From IMG/VR virus record IMGVR_UViG_3300042691_043547, positions 5,422-69,421 of that record: a stretch of 64,000 nucleotides of DNA; one strand, given 5' to 3'. The stretch's first letter is position 1; the number at the start of each line of letters is the position of its first letter. This DNA comes from a virus. Made by a program: the position numbers and the translations under genes. Shown piece after piece: positions 1 through 8,859 of this stretch. Below the pieces are notes generated by a model. It had not been told where the DNA came from and made no database searches. It was given only the letters and a program-made list of their open reading frames with translations.

Positions 1-384
1 AAGACCAGAGAGCATGATGCCGTACTGTCGATCGTGGAAGAGGTTTTTGGTGACAAAGTAGTAATAGCTACTTCTCCAGCATCAACGCCAGGGTGTGTTG
101 AGGGCAAGATTGCCTGGATCAACAAACATCTTCCGGCTTATTCGCGCAGGTTTGTTGTGGGCGCCTCCAAACACCTCATGGCCAGTTACGGCAAAATCCT
201 GATAGACGATTACGAAGTCAACACAAAACGCTTTTTTGAGCACGGTGGAACAGCTATTCTTTTCCCTAGGTTGTACAACAGTCGTGGTCATCTGACTGTT
301 GACGGTCATTTTGACAAGATGGACACCTTTCATATGTGGCTAAAGGATGCGGTGCGTTACCATAATTTTTTCGGGGATGCTTAG
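1..384 (+). CDS. 5'(3')-deoxyribonucleotidase-like HAD phosphatase (5'-truncated by window)
   Basis: Frame is open from base 1. GKIAWINKHLP...K...ILIDD...N...GGTAILF..YN matches the phage NT5C-type HAD pattern. Confidence 0.7.
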   Translation, partial: KTREHDAVLSIVEEVFGDKVVIATSPASTPGCVEGKIAWINKHLPAYSRRFVVGASKHLMASYGKILIDDYEVNTKRFFEHGGTAILFPRLYNSRGHLTVDGHFDKMDTFHMWLKDAVRYHNFFGDA

Positions 385-426
385 GGGTAGGGGTTGGTTT
401 TTGTCTTTCAGGGGTGGGGGTTGTCA

Positions 427-2352
427 ATGAGTTGGGTTCCGCTGCATTGTCATAGCATGTATAGCTTGCTTGATGGGCTTAGCAAGCCTGATGCTATTGC
501 TAGCAGATGTGAGAAGTTGGGCTACAAGGCTTGTGCGATCACTGATCATGGCACGCTTTCTGGCGTCGCCGCTTTTTCCAAGGCTCTCCGCAAGAAAAAC
601 ATCAAGCCGATTCTTGGATCGGAGTTTTACCTTTGCTCTGGACCCGCACACGACAAGCGTCCTGAGAATGGCTCTCTGTCGCATCTGTGCGTGCTGGCAA
701 AGGGGGAGGAAGGATGGAAAAGGCTTGTGCAGGCCTCGAGCGACTCCAATGACCCCAACCATTTCTATCGTAAGCCTAGGCTGGATTTGGAGTTGCTGGC
801 AAAACATGCGGATGGCAAGTTCATTGTTTTTTCTGGACATCCCGGTAGTGACCTCTGCAATGCGCTGTTTGAAAATCCGAAAGCTGCCTACGGCTGCCAG
901 ACATACGAGCAGGCTCGGGCCATGGTGCCATCAGACTGGGAAAAAAGACTGCTTACAGTTACAAACCGTTACAAAAATCTTTTTGGGGACGAAAATTTTT
1001 GGATTGAGATACAAGCGGTTGACCAGGACAACCTTCCAGCTGCTGCGGTGACGGTGAAGGCGTTGCGTCATTTTGCCAAAAAGCACAACATCAAGACGCT
1101 GGCTACTCCAGACGCACATTATCCAGCTAGCGAAGATGCCGCAGACCAGAGGGTTTTGCTTTGTTCTGCTATGCAAACAACTTTGCCAACGATACATTCA
1201 GCATTAGCTAAGCAAGAAGATGTTTCTCTTGGTGGTTTTTTTAGGTCTAATCGTTATCACATTCCAGATTTTGATGAAGTCAAAGGCCTGCATCTCGGCC
1301 CTGAGATTGAGGCCTCTCTAGAAATCAGCGAAATCTGCGGGGATTACGACATCCTTTCCAAACCACAACTGCCTGAGTTTGCCTGCCCCAATGGCATGGG
1401 GGCTGATGATTATGTCCGCCAACTTTGTCGTGAAGGTTGGAAAAAGAAGCTGAAACATGCTATCCAGGGCAGTCCTGACTACACAACCTATGGTGATCGC
1501 ATCAAGAAGGAGCTTGGCGTCATCACCGAGGCGGGCCTGTCAGCCTACTTCCTGATCGTGTCCGAGTATTGCGATTGGGCCAGGAGCCAGGGTTGGCTGG
1601 TTGGCAAGGGGCGCGGTTCGGGCGCAGGATGCCTTGTCAGCTACCTGCTCGGAATCACCAATGTCGATCCGGTCAAATACAATCTGCTGTTTGAGCGTTT
1701 CTACAATGCGGGCCGCAACCAGCCTGGGCGGGTGTCGTTGCCAGACATCGATTGCGATTTTCCCATCTCGCACCGCGATGAAGTTGTACAACATATGCGG
1801 GATCGTTACGGCGAAGACCGCGTTGCCCAAATGGTCACATTTTCAAGATTGCAGGGGCGTGCAGCGATCAAGGATGTTTTACGCGCCCATGAAAAAGGCA
1901 CTTTTGATGAAATCAACAAAATTACCGAGCATATTCCTGACGAGGCCGCTATCTCCGACGAACTCCAGGAAATGCGCGAGGAGACCGGCGAAGCCTCCAT
2001 CTTGATGTGGGCGCTGGAAAACAATGCCAAGGAGCTTTCGCCCTGGTGCCGGGTCAACGACAGCGGCCAATTGGAAGGACCGCTGGCCGTAGAGTTTGCC
2101 CAAGCTATCCGTCTTGAAGGAACCAAGCGAAACCAATCAAAACATGCCGCAGGTGTGGTCATTGCGCCTAGATCGTTGGCCGACTGCTGCCCTATGGTAT
2201 TTGACAAGTCTACAAACCGTCGCATTTGCGGTGTGGAAATGTCTGACTTGGAAGCCATGGGTTTCGTCAAGTTTGACATTTTGGGGGTTGCGGCTCTCGA
2301 CAAGATGCAAGGGGCCATTTCTTTGTTGAAGGGGGGATCTGTCCGTGTTTGA
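427..2352 (+). CDS. dnaE: DNA polymerase III alpha subunit, N-terminal half (PHP + palm/thumb)
   Basis: LHCHSMYSLLDG, ITDHG and DAHY (PHP); GRGSGAG, LLFERF, PDIDCD, KHAAGVVI and VKFDILG (catalytic core). Start placed at ATG 427 (MSWVPLH). Confidence 0.95.
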   Translation: MSWVPLHCHSMYSLLDGLSKPDAIASRCEKLGYKACAITDHGTLSGVAAFSKALRKKNIKPILGSEFYLCSGPAHDKRPENGSLSHLCVLAKGEEGWKRLVQASSDSNDPNHFYRKPRLDLELLAKHADGKFIVFSGHPGSDLCNALFENPKAAYGCQTYEQARAMVPSDWEKRLLTVTNRYKNLFGDENFWIEIQAVDQDNLPAAAVTVKALRHFAKKHNIKTLATPDAHYPASEDAADQRVLLCSAMQTTLPTIHSALAKQEDVSLGGFFRSNRYHIPDFDEVKGLHLGPEIEASLEISEICGDYDILSKPQLPEFACPNGMGADDYVRQLCREGWKKKLKHAIQGSPDYTTYGDRIKKELGVITEAGLSAYFLIVSEYCDWARSQGWLVGKGRGSGAGCLVSYLLGITNVDPVKYNLLFERFYNAGRNQPGRVSLPDIDCDFPISHRDEVVQHMRDRYGEDRVAQMVTFSRLQGRAAIKDVLRAHEKGTFDEINKITEHIPDEAAISDELQEMREETGEASILMWALENNAKELSPWCRVNDSGQLEGPLAVEFAQAIRLEGTKRNQSKHAAGVVIAPRSLADCCPMVFDKSTNRRICGVEMSDLEAMGFVKFDILGVAALDKMQGAISLLKGGSVRV

Positions 2353-2635
2353 TGAAGAATCAGAAGAAGCTGGACTTTCCAAGCGTATGGTTGCGCACAA
2401 CCTGGCCCTGCTTGATGCTCTTGCCGAGGCTTCTGAAGCCAAGAAGCGCATGGCTGAAGAGATGGGGAATGTCATCAAGGCGATCCTGATCAAATTCGGG
2501 GGCGAGATCACTTTGGATGGCACCTTCATCGCCGCTGCCGAATCGCCGACCTGCACTTTGAATCACGAGATTCTGTCCAACGGCGAAGCCCTGCGTTTTT
2601 GGGTTGAGGAAGTTGAAGAGGGGGACGACGAATGA
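2345..2635 (+). CDS. small acidic hypothetical protein
   Basis: 96-aa ORF overlapping both neighbours; Glu/Asp-rich termini. Confidence 0.7.
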   Translation: MFDEESEEAGLSKRMVAHNLALLDALAEASEAKKRMAEEMGNVIKAILIKFGGEITLDGTFIAAAESPTCTLNHEILSNGEALRFWVEEVEEGDDE

Positions 2636-3288
2636 CCAACAACATCATCATCTGTTTTGATTTTGAGACCGGCGGTTTGGACATCAAAACCACCGAGCCG
2701 ATTGAGATTGCTGCGGTCGCCATCAACCCCAGGACGCTGTCGGTGGTGCCGGATGGCACCTTCTACAGCCTGTGCAAGCCGACCGATTTCTCTCTGCTGC
2801 AAGACCAGGCGTTGGCCGTCAACGGCAAAACGCGTGATCAGTTGAAGGCGGCTCCCGAACAGGAAGCGGTCTGGCGTTCATTCTGCTCGTTCATCAAGCG
2901 TTTCAACCCGAAGGGAAACAGTTTCACGACGGCCCCCATAGCCGCCGGAAAGAATATCCGCGCCTTTGATTTGCCGATCTTCAGTCGCCTTTGCGCCAAG
3001 TACGGCTTTGCCGACAAGAACGGGGATCAAAACCTGTTCCATCGTCGGAAGGTCTATGACCTAGAGGATTTGCTTGAGTTCTGGTTTCACGACTCCGAGG
3101 AGTTGCCGGATCGCAAGATGGATACCTTGCGCAGGTATTTTGGATTGAGCCGGGACGGGGCGCACTCGGCCATGATTGACACGAAACAGACAGCGGAGTT
3201 GATAGTGCGTTTCCTGAAGGTTCATCGCTATTACGCCGCCAAAATCCCGTTCCGCGGTGCGTGCGCCAAAAACTCGGTGATCATCTGA
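2632..3288 (+). CDS. dnaQ: DEDDh 3'-5' exonuclease (Pol III epsilon-like)
   Basis: ExoI DFETGG, ExoII GKNIRAFD, ExoIII HSAMID; ATGA overlap with the upstream gene. Confidence 0.88.
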   Translation: MTNNIIICFDFETGGLDIKTTEPIEIAAVAINPRTLSVVPDGTFYSLCKPTDFSLLQDQALAVNGKTRDQLKAAPEQEAVWRSFCSFIKRFNPKGNSFTTAPIAAGKNIRAFDLPIFSRLCAKYGFADKNGDQNLFHRRKVYDLEDLLEFWFHDSEELPDRKMDTLRRYFGLSRDGAHSAMIDTKQTAELIVRFLKVHRYYAAKIPFRGACAKNSVII

Positions 3289-4919
3289 TGGCCGAGCATC
3301 ACATGCCCTGCGGTTGTTCTTGGCCCGTTGTCGGCGATCCACCACGCCAGGGGGCATTGCCGCTTCTTGATGTCGATGTCGCCAGCCTGCCGGATTGTCA
3401 TCTGGCCTGGGATATCATGTCGATCGGCAACACCAAGGGCGTGTTCCAACTGGAGAGCCGGTTGGGGGCGACTTGGTCGAAAAAACTGAAGCCCAGAAAC
3501 GACGAGCACCTTTCAGCCTTGGGCGCCCTCTTGCGCCCCGGCTGTCTGGCCGCCAAGGACGAGAACGGCATCAGTCTGACCGAACACTACTGCCGTCGCG
3601 TCAACAAGGAAGAGCCTGCTGACTCGTTCGACCCCGCCTTGGATGACATCCTCGGGCCTACCGAGCAGATTCTGGTTTACCAAGAGCAGTCGATGCAGAT
3701 CGGGGCCAAGCTGGCCGGCTTCGACCTCAAGCAGGTGGACCGTCTGCGCAAGGCAATCGGCAAGAAGGATCAGAAGGAGATGGCCGAGGTCAAGCGGCTT
3801 TTTCTGGAGGGTGCTGAAAAAGTCAAGATTGTCTCCATGGATATAGCAGAAACTATCTGGAGTTGGATTGAGAAGAGCGGGCGCTATCAATTTAATAAAT
3901 CTCATAGTATGAGTTACGGGTTGACCGGGTACGACACCGCCTACCTCAAATCCCATTTCCCGGTGCAGTTCTACACCTCGTGGTTGGCGTTTGCTGAGGA
4001 CAAGGTTGATCCTGACCAGGAAGTCATGGAGTTGGTCGAGGATGCCCGCAGAGCGGGAATCACCGTGTTCCCTCCGGATGTGCGTCACAAACAGATGATT
4101 TTCTGGACGGACGGAGTCGACATCTATTTTGGCTTGTCCAACATCAAGGGGCTGGGGCAGTCGAATCTGCACAAGTTGTTTGAGGTCATGGACAAGGCCG
4201 AGCAGTCTCTGGCCAAAAAAGCCACGGATTTTACCTGGATGGAATGGCTTGTGCATGTCGCCGCAGAAATCCCCTCCGTCAACCACAAGTTGATCATGGC
4301 CGGAGCCTTGGATTGGACCGGAAGAAAGCGTCAATTGATGCTGGCCGAGATTGATGTCGTGGCTTCGCTCACCAAGAAGGAGCAGGCCTGGATTCTCAAG
4401 AATTGCAATGGCGACGAGCCTTTTGTGGATGTCCTGCGTCGTCTGGCCAAACCCAAAAAGGAAGGGGGCGGCGTGGCCAATATCAAGCGTGGTTCGCTGG
4501 TGAACGGCCAGGCCACCCTGCTGGAGCATCCGCCGACCCCGTTGAGCGACCATCCGGCGTGGATGGCGTGGGCCGAGGAGCAGGTCTTCGGATTCGCTCT
4601 GACCTGTTCTCGTGTCGACGGCTGTGATTTGGGTGATGCGAACACGACCTGCGGAGAATTCCTGGCGGGCAAGACCGGGTTCCTGCTGCTGGGCGTTGAG
4701 GTGCGCGGCGTCAGGTCGTTCAAGACAAAGAAGGGAACCATGATGGCGTTCCTTTCTCTATCGGATTCGTCCGGGATGCTGGACGATGTGGTGTGTTTCT
4801 CTGAGCCTTGGGAGGAGTACAAACACCTCCTGACTGAGGGGAACACGGTTTTGGTGCAGGGCGAACGAGACCCCAAGAAAGGTTCGTTGGTCGTGCGCAA
4901 GGTTTTTCAGATGTCATGA
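3288..4919 (+). CDS. dnaE: DNA polymerase III alpha subunit, C-terminal half (fingers, HhH, OB fold)
   Basis: GVFQLES, LLRPG, VYQEQ, LRKAIGKK, YQFNKSHS, YLKSHFP, HhH GLSNIKGLG and OB-fold TKKGTMMAF. Start at ATG 3288 in a TGATG overlap. Confidence 0.93.
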   Translation: MAEHHMPCGCSWPVVGDPPRQGALPLLDVDVASLPDCHLAWDIMSIGNTKGVFQLESRLGATWSKKLKPRNDEHLSALGALLRPGCLAAKDENGISLTEHYCRRVNKEEPADSFDPALDDILGPTEQILVYQEQSMQIGAKLAGFDLKQVDRLRKAIGKKDQKEMAEVKRLFLEGAEKVKIVSMDIAETIWSWIEKSGRYQFNKSHSMSYGLTGYDTAYLKSHFPVQFYTSWLAFAEDKVDPDQEVMELVEDARRAGITVFPPDVRHKQMIFWTDGVDIYFGLSNIKGLGQSNLHKLFEVMDKAEQSLAKKATDFTWMEWLVHVAAEIPSVNHKLIMAGALDWTGRKRQLMLAEIDVVASLTKKEQAWILKNCNGDEPFVDVLRRLAKPKKEGGGVANIKRGSLVNGQATLLEHPPTPLSDHPAWMAWAEEQVFGFALTCSRVDGCDLGDANTTCGEFLAGKTGFLLLGVEVRGVRSFKTKKGTMMAFLSLSDSSGMLDDVVCFSEPWEEYKHLLTEGNTVLVQGERDPKKGSLVVRKVFQMS

Positions 4920-4928
4920 GGTGAATTC

Positions 4929-5351
4929 GTGAACAATTGCATTTTTATTGGGAACTTCGTCCGCGACCCCGAGCTTCAGAATGTCGGGGCCGAGCACCGC
5001 GTGGCAAAATTTGCCATCGCTGTCAACGGTGGCCGCAAGAACCGCAACGGTGAAGAAGAGGTTGCGTTCATTGAGTGCGAAGCCTGGGACAAGTCGGCTG
5101 ACACCATCAGCAAGTATATGAAGAAGGGGTCTAAGATCGCCATCCAGGCGACCGCCCGCACCGACACCTGGACCGACAAGTCGAGCGGCACCAAGCGTTC
5201 GACCCTGAGGTTCCGGGTTAACAACTTCACCTTCCTGGGTGGCAAGGGCGCCGACACGAAAACGGGCAAGGCGGTGGCTGCCGGTGTCGGAGCCGAGGAC
5301 GAGGGCGTCGGTTTTGCCAGCGGTGCTGACGGCGAAGAAATCCCCTTCTGA
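4929..5351 (+). CDS. ssb: single-stranded DNA-binding protein
   Basis: N...IGNFVRDPEL, FIECEAW, KKGSKI and acidic tail EEIPF; GAGGTG SD. Confidence 0.93.
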   Translation: MNNCIFIGNFVRDPELQNVGAEHRVAKFAIAVNGGRKNRNGEEEVAFIECEAWDKSADTISKYMKKGSKIAIQATARTDTWTDKSSGTKRSTLRFRVNNFTFLGGKGADTKTGKAVAAGVGAEDEGVGFASGADGEEIPF

Positions 5352-5359
5352 GAATAGCA

Positions 5360-6961
5360 ATGGCACGCATCCTTTTGGTTGGCGAGGCGACTTGGTTGCA
5401 GACTGGCTACGCCACTTATGCAAGCCAGATTGCGCACAAACTCCAAGCCGCCGGTCATGAGATCGGGGAGTTGGCTTGTTACGGTGTCCCGAGCGATCCG
5501 AGGCGGGCCTCAAGCCCGTGGCCGGCTTTTTTCGTGACCACGAACACGGACAACTACCCGCCTCTGGCCATCAACCAGTCCAATCCTGCGCTGGGGGCCA
5601 CGATTTTTGAGGAAACGGTTCTGCGCTTCAAGCCGGATGTCGTGATCTCATTGCGTGACCCCTGGCAGGATGCGTTCATTGCCTATTCCCCGTTGCGCCC
5701 CTACTACCGGTGGGTTTTCATGCATCCGGTGGATGGGGAACCGCAGGATGACGAGTGGGTTGCGATCCTCAACCAAACCGATGCCGTGCTCTGTTATTCG
5801 GACTACGGCTTGAATGTGCTGAAGCAGTACCCCGGCCTCAATCTGGCCGGGGTCGCTTCCCCGGGCGCTGAACCGGATGTCTTCTTCCCGCACAGCCAGA
5901 AGGAATCTCGGGAAGCCCTGAACATCCCCCAGGACGCCTTGCTTGTCGGCACGGTGATGCGCAACCAGGCGCGCAAGTTGTACCCGGATCTTTTTGAAAG
6001 TTTCAAGAAGCTGCTGGATACTGCGCCGCCCCACATAGCTGACCGGCTTTATCTGTATTGCCACACGGCCTGGCCCGATGTCGGCTGGGACATGCCCAAA
6101 TATCTGTTGCGTCACAATGTCGCTCACAGAACCCTCTTCACATTCGCTTGCAAGAAGTGCGACCGGGCCTCTGCCCTGCTGTGGCAGCTGCCATCCGGGT
6201 ACTGTCCGTACTGTGCTAGTGGCGAATTGACCACCCCCGGCGTGGCCTCTGGCCTTCCCCGGTCGTTCATGCGGCCGGTGTATTCATCCATGGACATATT
6301 CGTGCAATACTCGGTGTGCGAGGGATTCGGAATGCCACAGGTTGAAGCAGCCTGTTGTGGTGTCCCGGTGATCTCAGTTGACTTCACCGCCATGTCTTCT
6401 GTGGCCTCGGCTATCGGGGCTGAAACCATCCCAGTCCAACGCGCTTTCCCCGAACTGGAAACCGGGCGCATGATGGCGTTGCCAGACAACCATGCCCTGG
6501 TATCCACCTTGACCAACTTCTTTTCGTCGCCGCCCGCATTGCGTCGGGCGATCGGCCAAAAACATAGAGATATGGCTAGTGCTAAATTTAGCTATAGTAA
6601 TGCTGCTTATGTATGGTTAAATGCAATAAATAAATTGCAACAACCAACAAAAAGCTATCAAGATACTAAAACAATATTGCCTAACTTATCTAGACCAGAA
6701 GACTATCTATCAAACAAAGAATGGGTTGACCAAGCTTTTGCGTCGGCTCTCGGTATCTCTTCTGCGCAAGCTGGATATTTGGCGCAAAGGATGTTGCGTG
6801 ATCTTTCTCGTGGTTATTGCGACACGACTTTTGTGCCTTCTCAGTACACAAGCTTTGGCCCCGGCGGCAAGCTAGGAGCTTTCAACCGGGATCATGCCTG
6901 GGATCAACTGTGTGCTGAGCGGCGCAGGATTGAGTTCTGGGAGGAGATGCGGACATCATGA
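5360..6961 (+). CDS. GT-B glycosyltransferase (GT4-like) with CxxC..CxxC insertion
   Basis: TGYATY at N-terminus, RNQARK, EGFGMPQVEAACCGVPVI; CKKC/CPYC insertion. Confidence 0.85.
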   Translation: MARILLVGEATWLQTGYATYASQIAHKLQAAGHEIGELACYGVPSDPRRASSPWPAFFVTTNTDNYPPLAINQSNPALGATIFEETVLRFKPDVVISLRDPWQDAFIAYSPLRPYYRWVFMHPVDGEPQDDEWVAILNQTDAVLCYSDYGLNVLKQYPGLNLAGVASPGAEPDVFFPHSQKESREALNIPQDALLVGTVMRNQARKLYPDLFESFKKLLDTAPPHIADRLYLYCHTAWPDVGWDMPKYLLRHNVAHRTLFTFACKKCDRASALLWQLPSGYCPYCASGELTTPGVASGLPRSFMRPVYSSMDIFVQYSVCEGFGMPQVEAACCGVPVISVDFTAMSSVASAIGAETIPVQRAFPELETGRMMALPDNHALVSTLTNFFSSPPALRRAIGQKHRDMASAKFSYSNAAYVWLNAINKLQQPTKSYQDTKTILPNLSRPEDYLSNKEWVDQAFASALGISSAQAGYLAQRMLRDLSRGYCDTTFVPSQYTSFGPGGKLGAFNRDHAWDQLCAERRRIEFWEEMRTS

Positions 6962-8088
6962 ACGATATCCTCTACATCGGCAATTTTCATGACGGCACCG
7001 GCTACGCCAGAGCCTGCTGTGAGACGGCTGTTGCGCTGGAAGAAGCAGGGGCGAGGGTGGTTTGCCGGCCGATCACCTTCAACGGCGGCGCCCAGCCCTG
7101 CCACGACAAGATCTACGAGCTGGAAGAGCGCAGCATGCCCGCCAGGTTCGACGCGGTCATCCAGCACACCCTGCCTCCCGTCATGAAGTTTGACCGCAGG
7201 CTCGGTTTGAATGTCGCGAATTTTTACTACGAGGCGAGCAGGTTCACTAGCGCCGGCTGGGATCTGCGCCTGAACATGATGGATGTCGTCGTCACCACGC
7301 CGGGAATCTCCACGGCGGCCTGCTCCAACAGCCGTGTCAACAAGCCGACCATCAGCCTGCCCCTCCCCAGCGATGCCCATCGCTATCTGAAAAAGTACCC
7401 GGTGCCAGAGTTCATCCGGCAATACGTCGACGAGAAGAAGTTTGTCTTCTACACGATCGGCGAGAATGTCCGCCGCAAGAATCTTGGCGGTCTGATCAAG
7501 GCCTACTACAGCGAGTTCTTGCCAACTGAAGATGTCGTGCTGGTCATCAAGACAAACGGTGACCCGCGCCATGTCCAGTCGATGATGCGTGAGATCGGGC
7601 AGGGAATGAAGCTGCCTTATCTGCCGGAGATAGTCGTGATCACGGAACGATTGGGAGAAGACCAGTTGATGGGTCTTCACGCCCATGGAACATGTTTTGT
7701 CCAGGCCTCTTGCGGTGAAGCCTGGTCTTATCCGGCCTTTGACGCAATGGCGATGGGCAGGACTCCGGTGGTCCCAGACACCGGAACCTATCGCTCTTAT
7801 ATCTCGGATGAGACTGGCTATCTTGTTCCTGTTTACGACGAGCCGTGCTCGGGCGGTCAGGACGAGTCGGCTGAGCTTTACCGTGGAGACGAACAATGGG
7901 AGGTTCCTTTTACCAAGGATCTGTCCCATGCGATGCGAAGGGCTTACAGGGAGGACGACCAGCGTCGAGCGAAAGCTTCGCTTGGTCTGGAAGTGGCGTA
8001 CCAATTCATCCCCCTGAAGGTCGGTAAGACCTTCCTGGAGGCTCTTAGCCATGAGACGCAAAAACAAGTTGTGGACCGATTTGCTTGA
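6958..8088 (+). CDS. GT-B glycosyltransferase (GT4-like)
   Basis: GTGYARA, FYTIGENVRRKN, GEAWSYPAFDAMAMG. Confidence 0.85.
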   Translation: MNDILYIGNFHDGTGYARACCETAVALEEAGARVVCRPITFNGGAQPCHDKIYELEERSMPARFDAVIQHTLPPVMKFDRRLGLNVANFYYEASRFTSAGWDLRLNMMDVVVTTPGISTAACSNSRVNKPTISLPLPSDAHRYLKKYPVPEFIRQYVDEKKFVFYTIGENVRRKNLGGLIKAYYSEFLPTEDVVLVIKTNGDPRHVQSMMREIGQGMKLPYLPEIVVITERLGEDQLMGLHAHGTCFVQASCGEAWSYPAFDAMAMGRTPVVPDTGTYRSYISDETGYLVPVYDEPCSGGQDESAELYRGDEQWEVPFTKDLSHAMRRAYREDDQRRAKASLGLEVAYQFIPLKVGKTFLEALSHETQKQVVDRFA

Positions 8089-8794
8089 AGATGATAATGA
8101 TCCAGAACTCATTCCGTGGCAACAAGTTAGGGACGCCGATGTCGAAAAAAGGATAGATGCTAAGAAGGCTGTTAAGAAGATCAAAGCAAGGACGCCGAAC
8201 CAACAGAATTACATCAACAACATCGAGGCCTGCACGCTGACGATCTGCACCGGCCCGGCTGGGTGCGGAAAAACCTACATCCCTTGCGGGCTGGCAGCCA
8301 ATTGGTTGAGCGAGAACAAGATCGAGAAAGTCATCCTGACCAGACCGATCGTGGAATGCGGCCAAAGGCTGGGCGCCCTGCCCGGCACGCTCGGGGAAAA
8401 GACCGACCCCTACATGGCTCCGATGTTCGATGCCTTTGGCGACTTCCTCGACCCGGGCTTCCTCAAGCATTGTCGGAACAAGGAGACCATCGAGGTGGTC
8501 CCGCTGGAGACCATGCGTGGCCGGACCTTCCACAATTCGGTGATTATCCTGGACGAGGCCCAGAATGTGACCCGTCGACAGATGAAGATGTTTCTCACTC
8601 GTTTCGGCGAGAACTCCAAAGTGATCGTCTGCGGTGATGTGACCCAGACCGACCTGCCCCATTCCGAGGGTAATCCGCTCATCTGGGTGTGGGACAGGCT
8701 GGGCCATTCTGATATCGCCAAGGTCACTCTGGGGCCGGAGGACGTGCAGCGTCACGGGCTGATCCGGCATATTCTTGAGCGTTTGGGTGACTGA
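8051..8794 (+). CDS. phoH: PhoH-family ATPase
   Basis: Walker A GPAGCGKT, LPGTLGEK, MRGRTF, ILDEAQN, GDVTQTD. Confidence 0.95.
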   Translation: MRRKNKLWTDLLEDDNDPELIPWQQVRDADVEKRIDAKKAVKKIKARTPNQQNYINNIEACTLTICTGPAGCGKTYIPCGLAANWLSENKIEKVILTRPIVECGQRLGALPGTLGEKTDPYMAPMFDAFGDFLDPGFLKHCRNKETIEVVPLETMRGRTFHNSVIILDEAQNVTRRQMKMFLTRFGENSKVIVCGDVTQTDLPHSEGNPLIWVWDRLGHSDIAKVTLGPEDVQRHGLIRHILERLGD

Positions 8795-8859
8795 TCCCTG
8801 TCCGGCATGGGTAAGATCGTTAGCGATGACCATCCGGGTCGTCTCAGCGGATCTTATCC

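Noticed and set aside
2300-3400. Split intein or self-splicing intron explaining the dnaE break
   Set aside because: No Cys/Ser-initiated IntN or His-Asn IntC motif. The gap is fully occupied by two overlapping protein genes, leaving no room for a ribozyme.
3513-8184. Long antisense ORFs (3513..4553, 6904..8184; likewise 18474..19469, 40593..41858, 59631..60473)
   Set aside because: They are shadows of codon-biased real genes on the opposite strand and carry no motifs.
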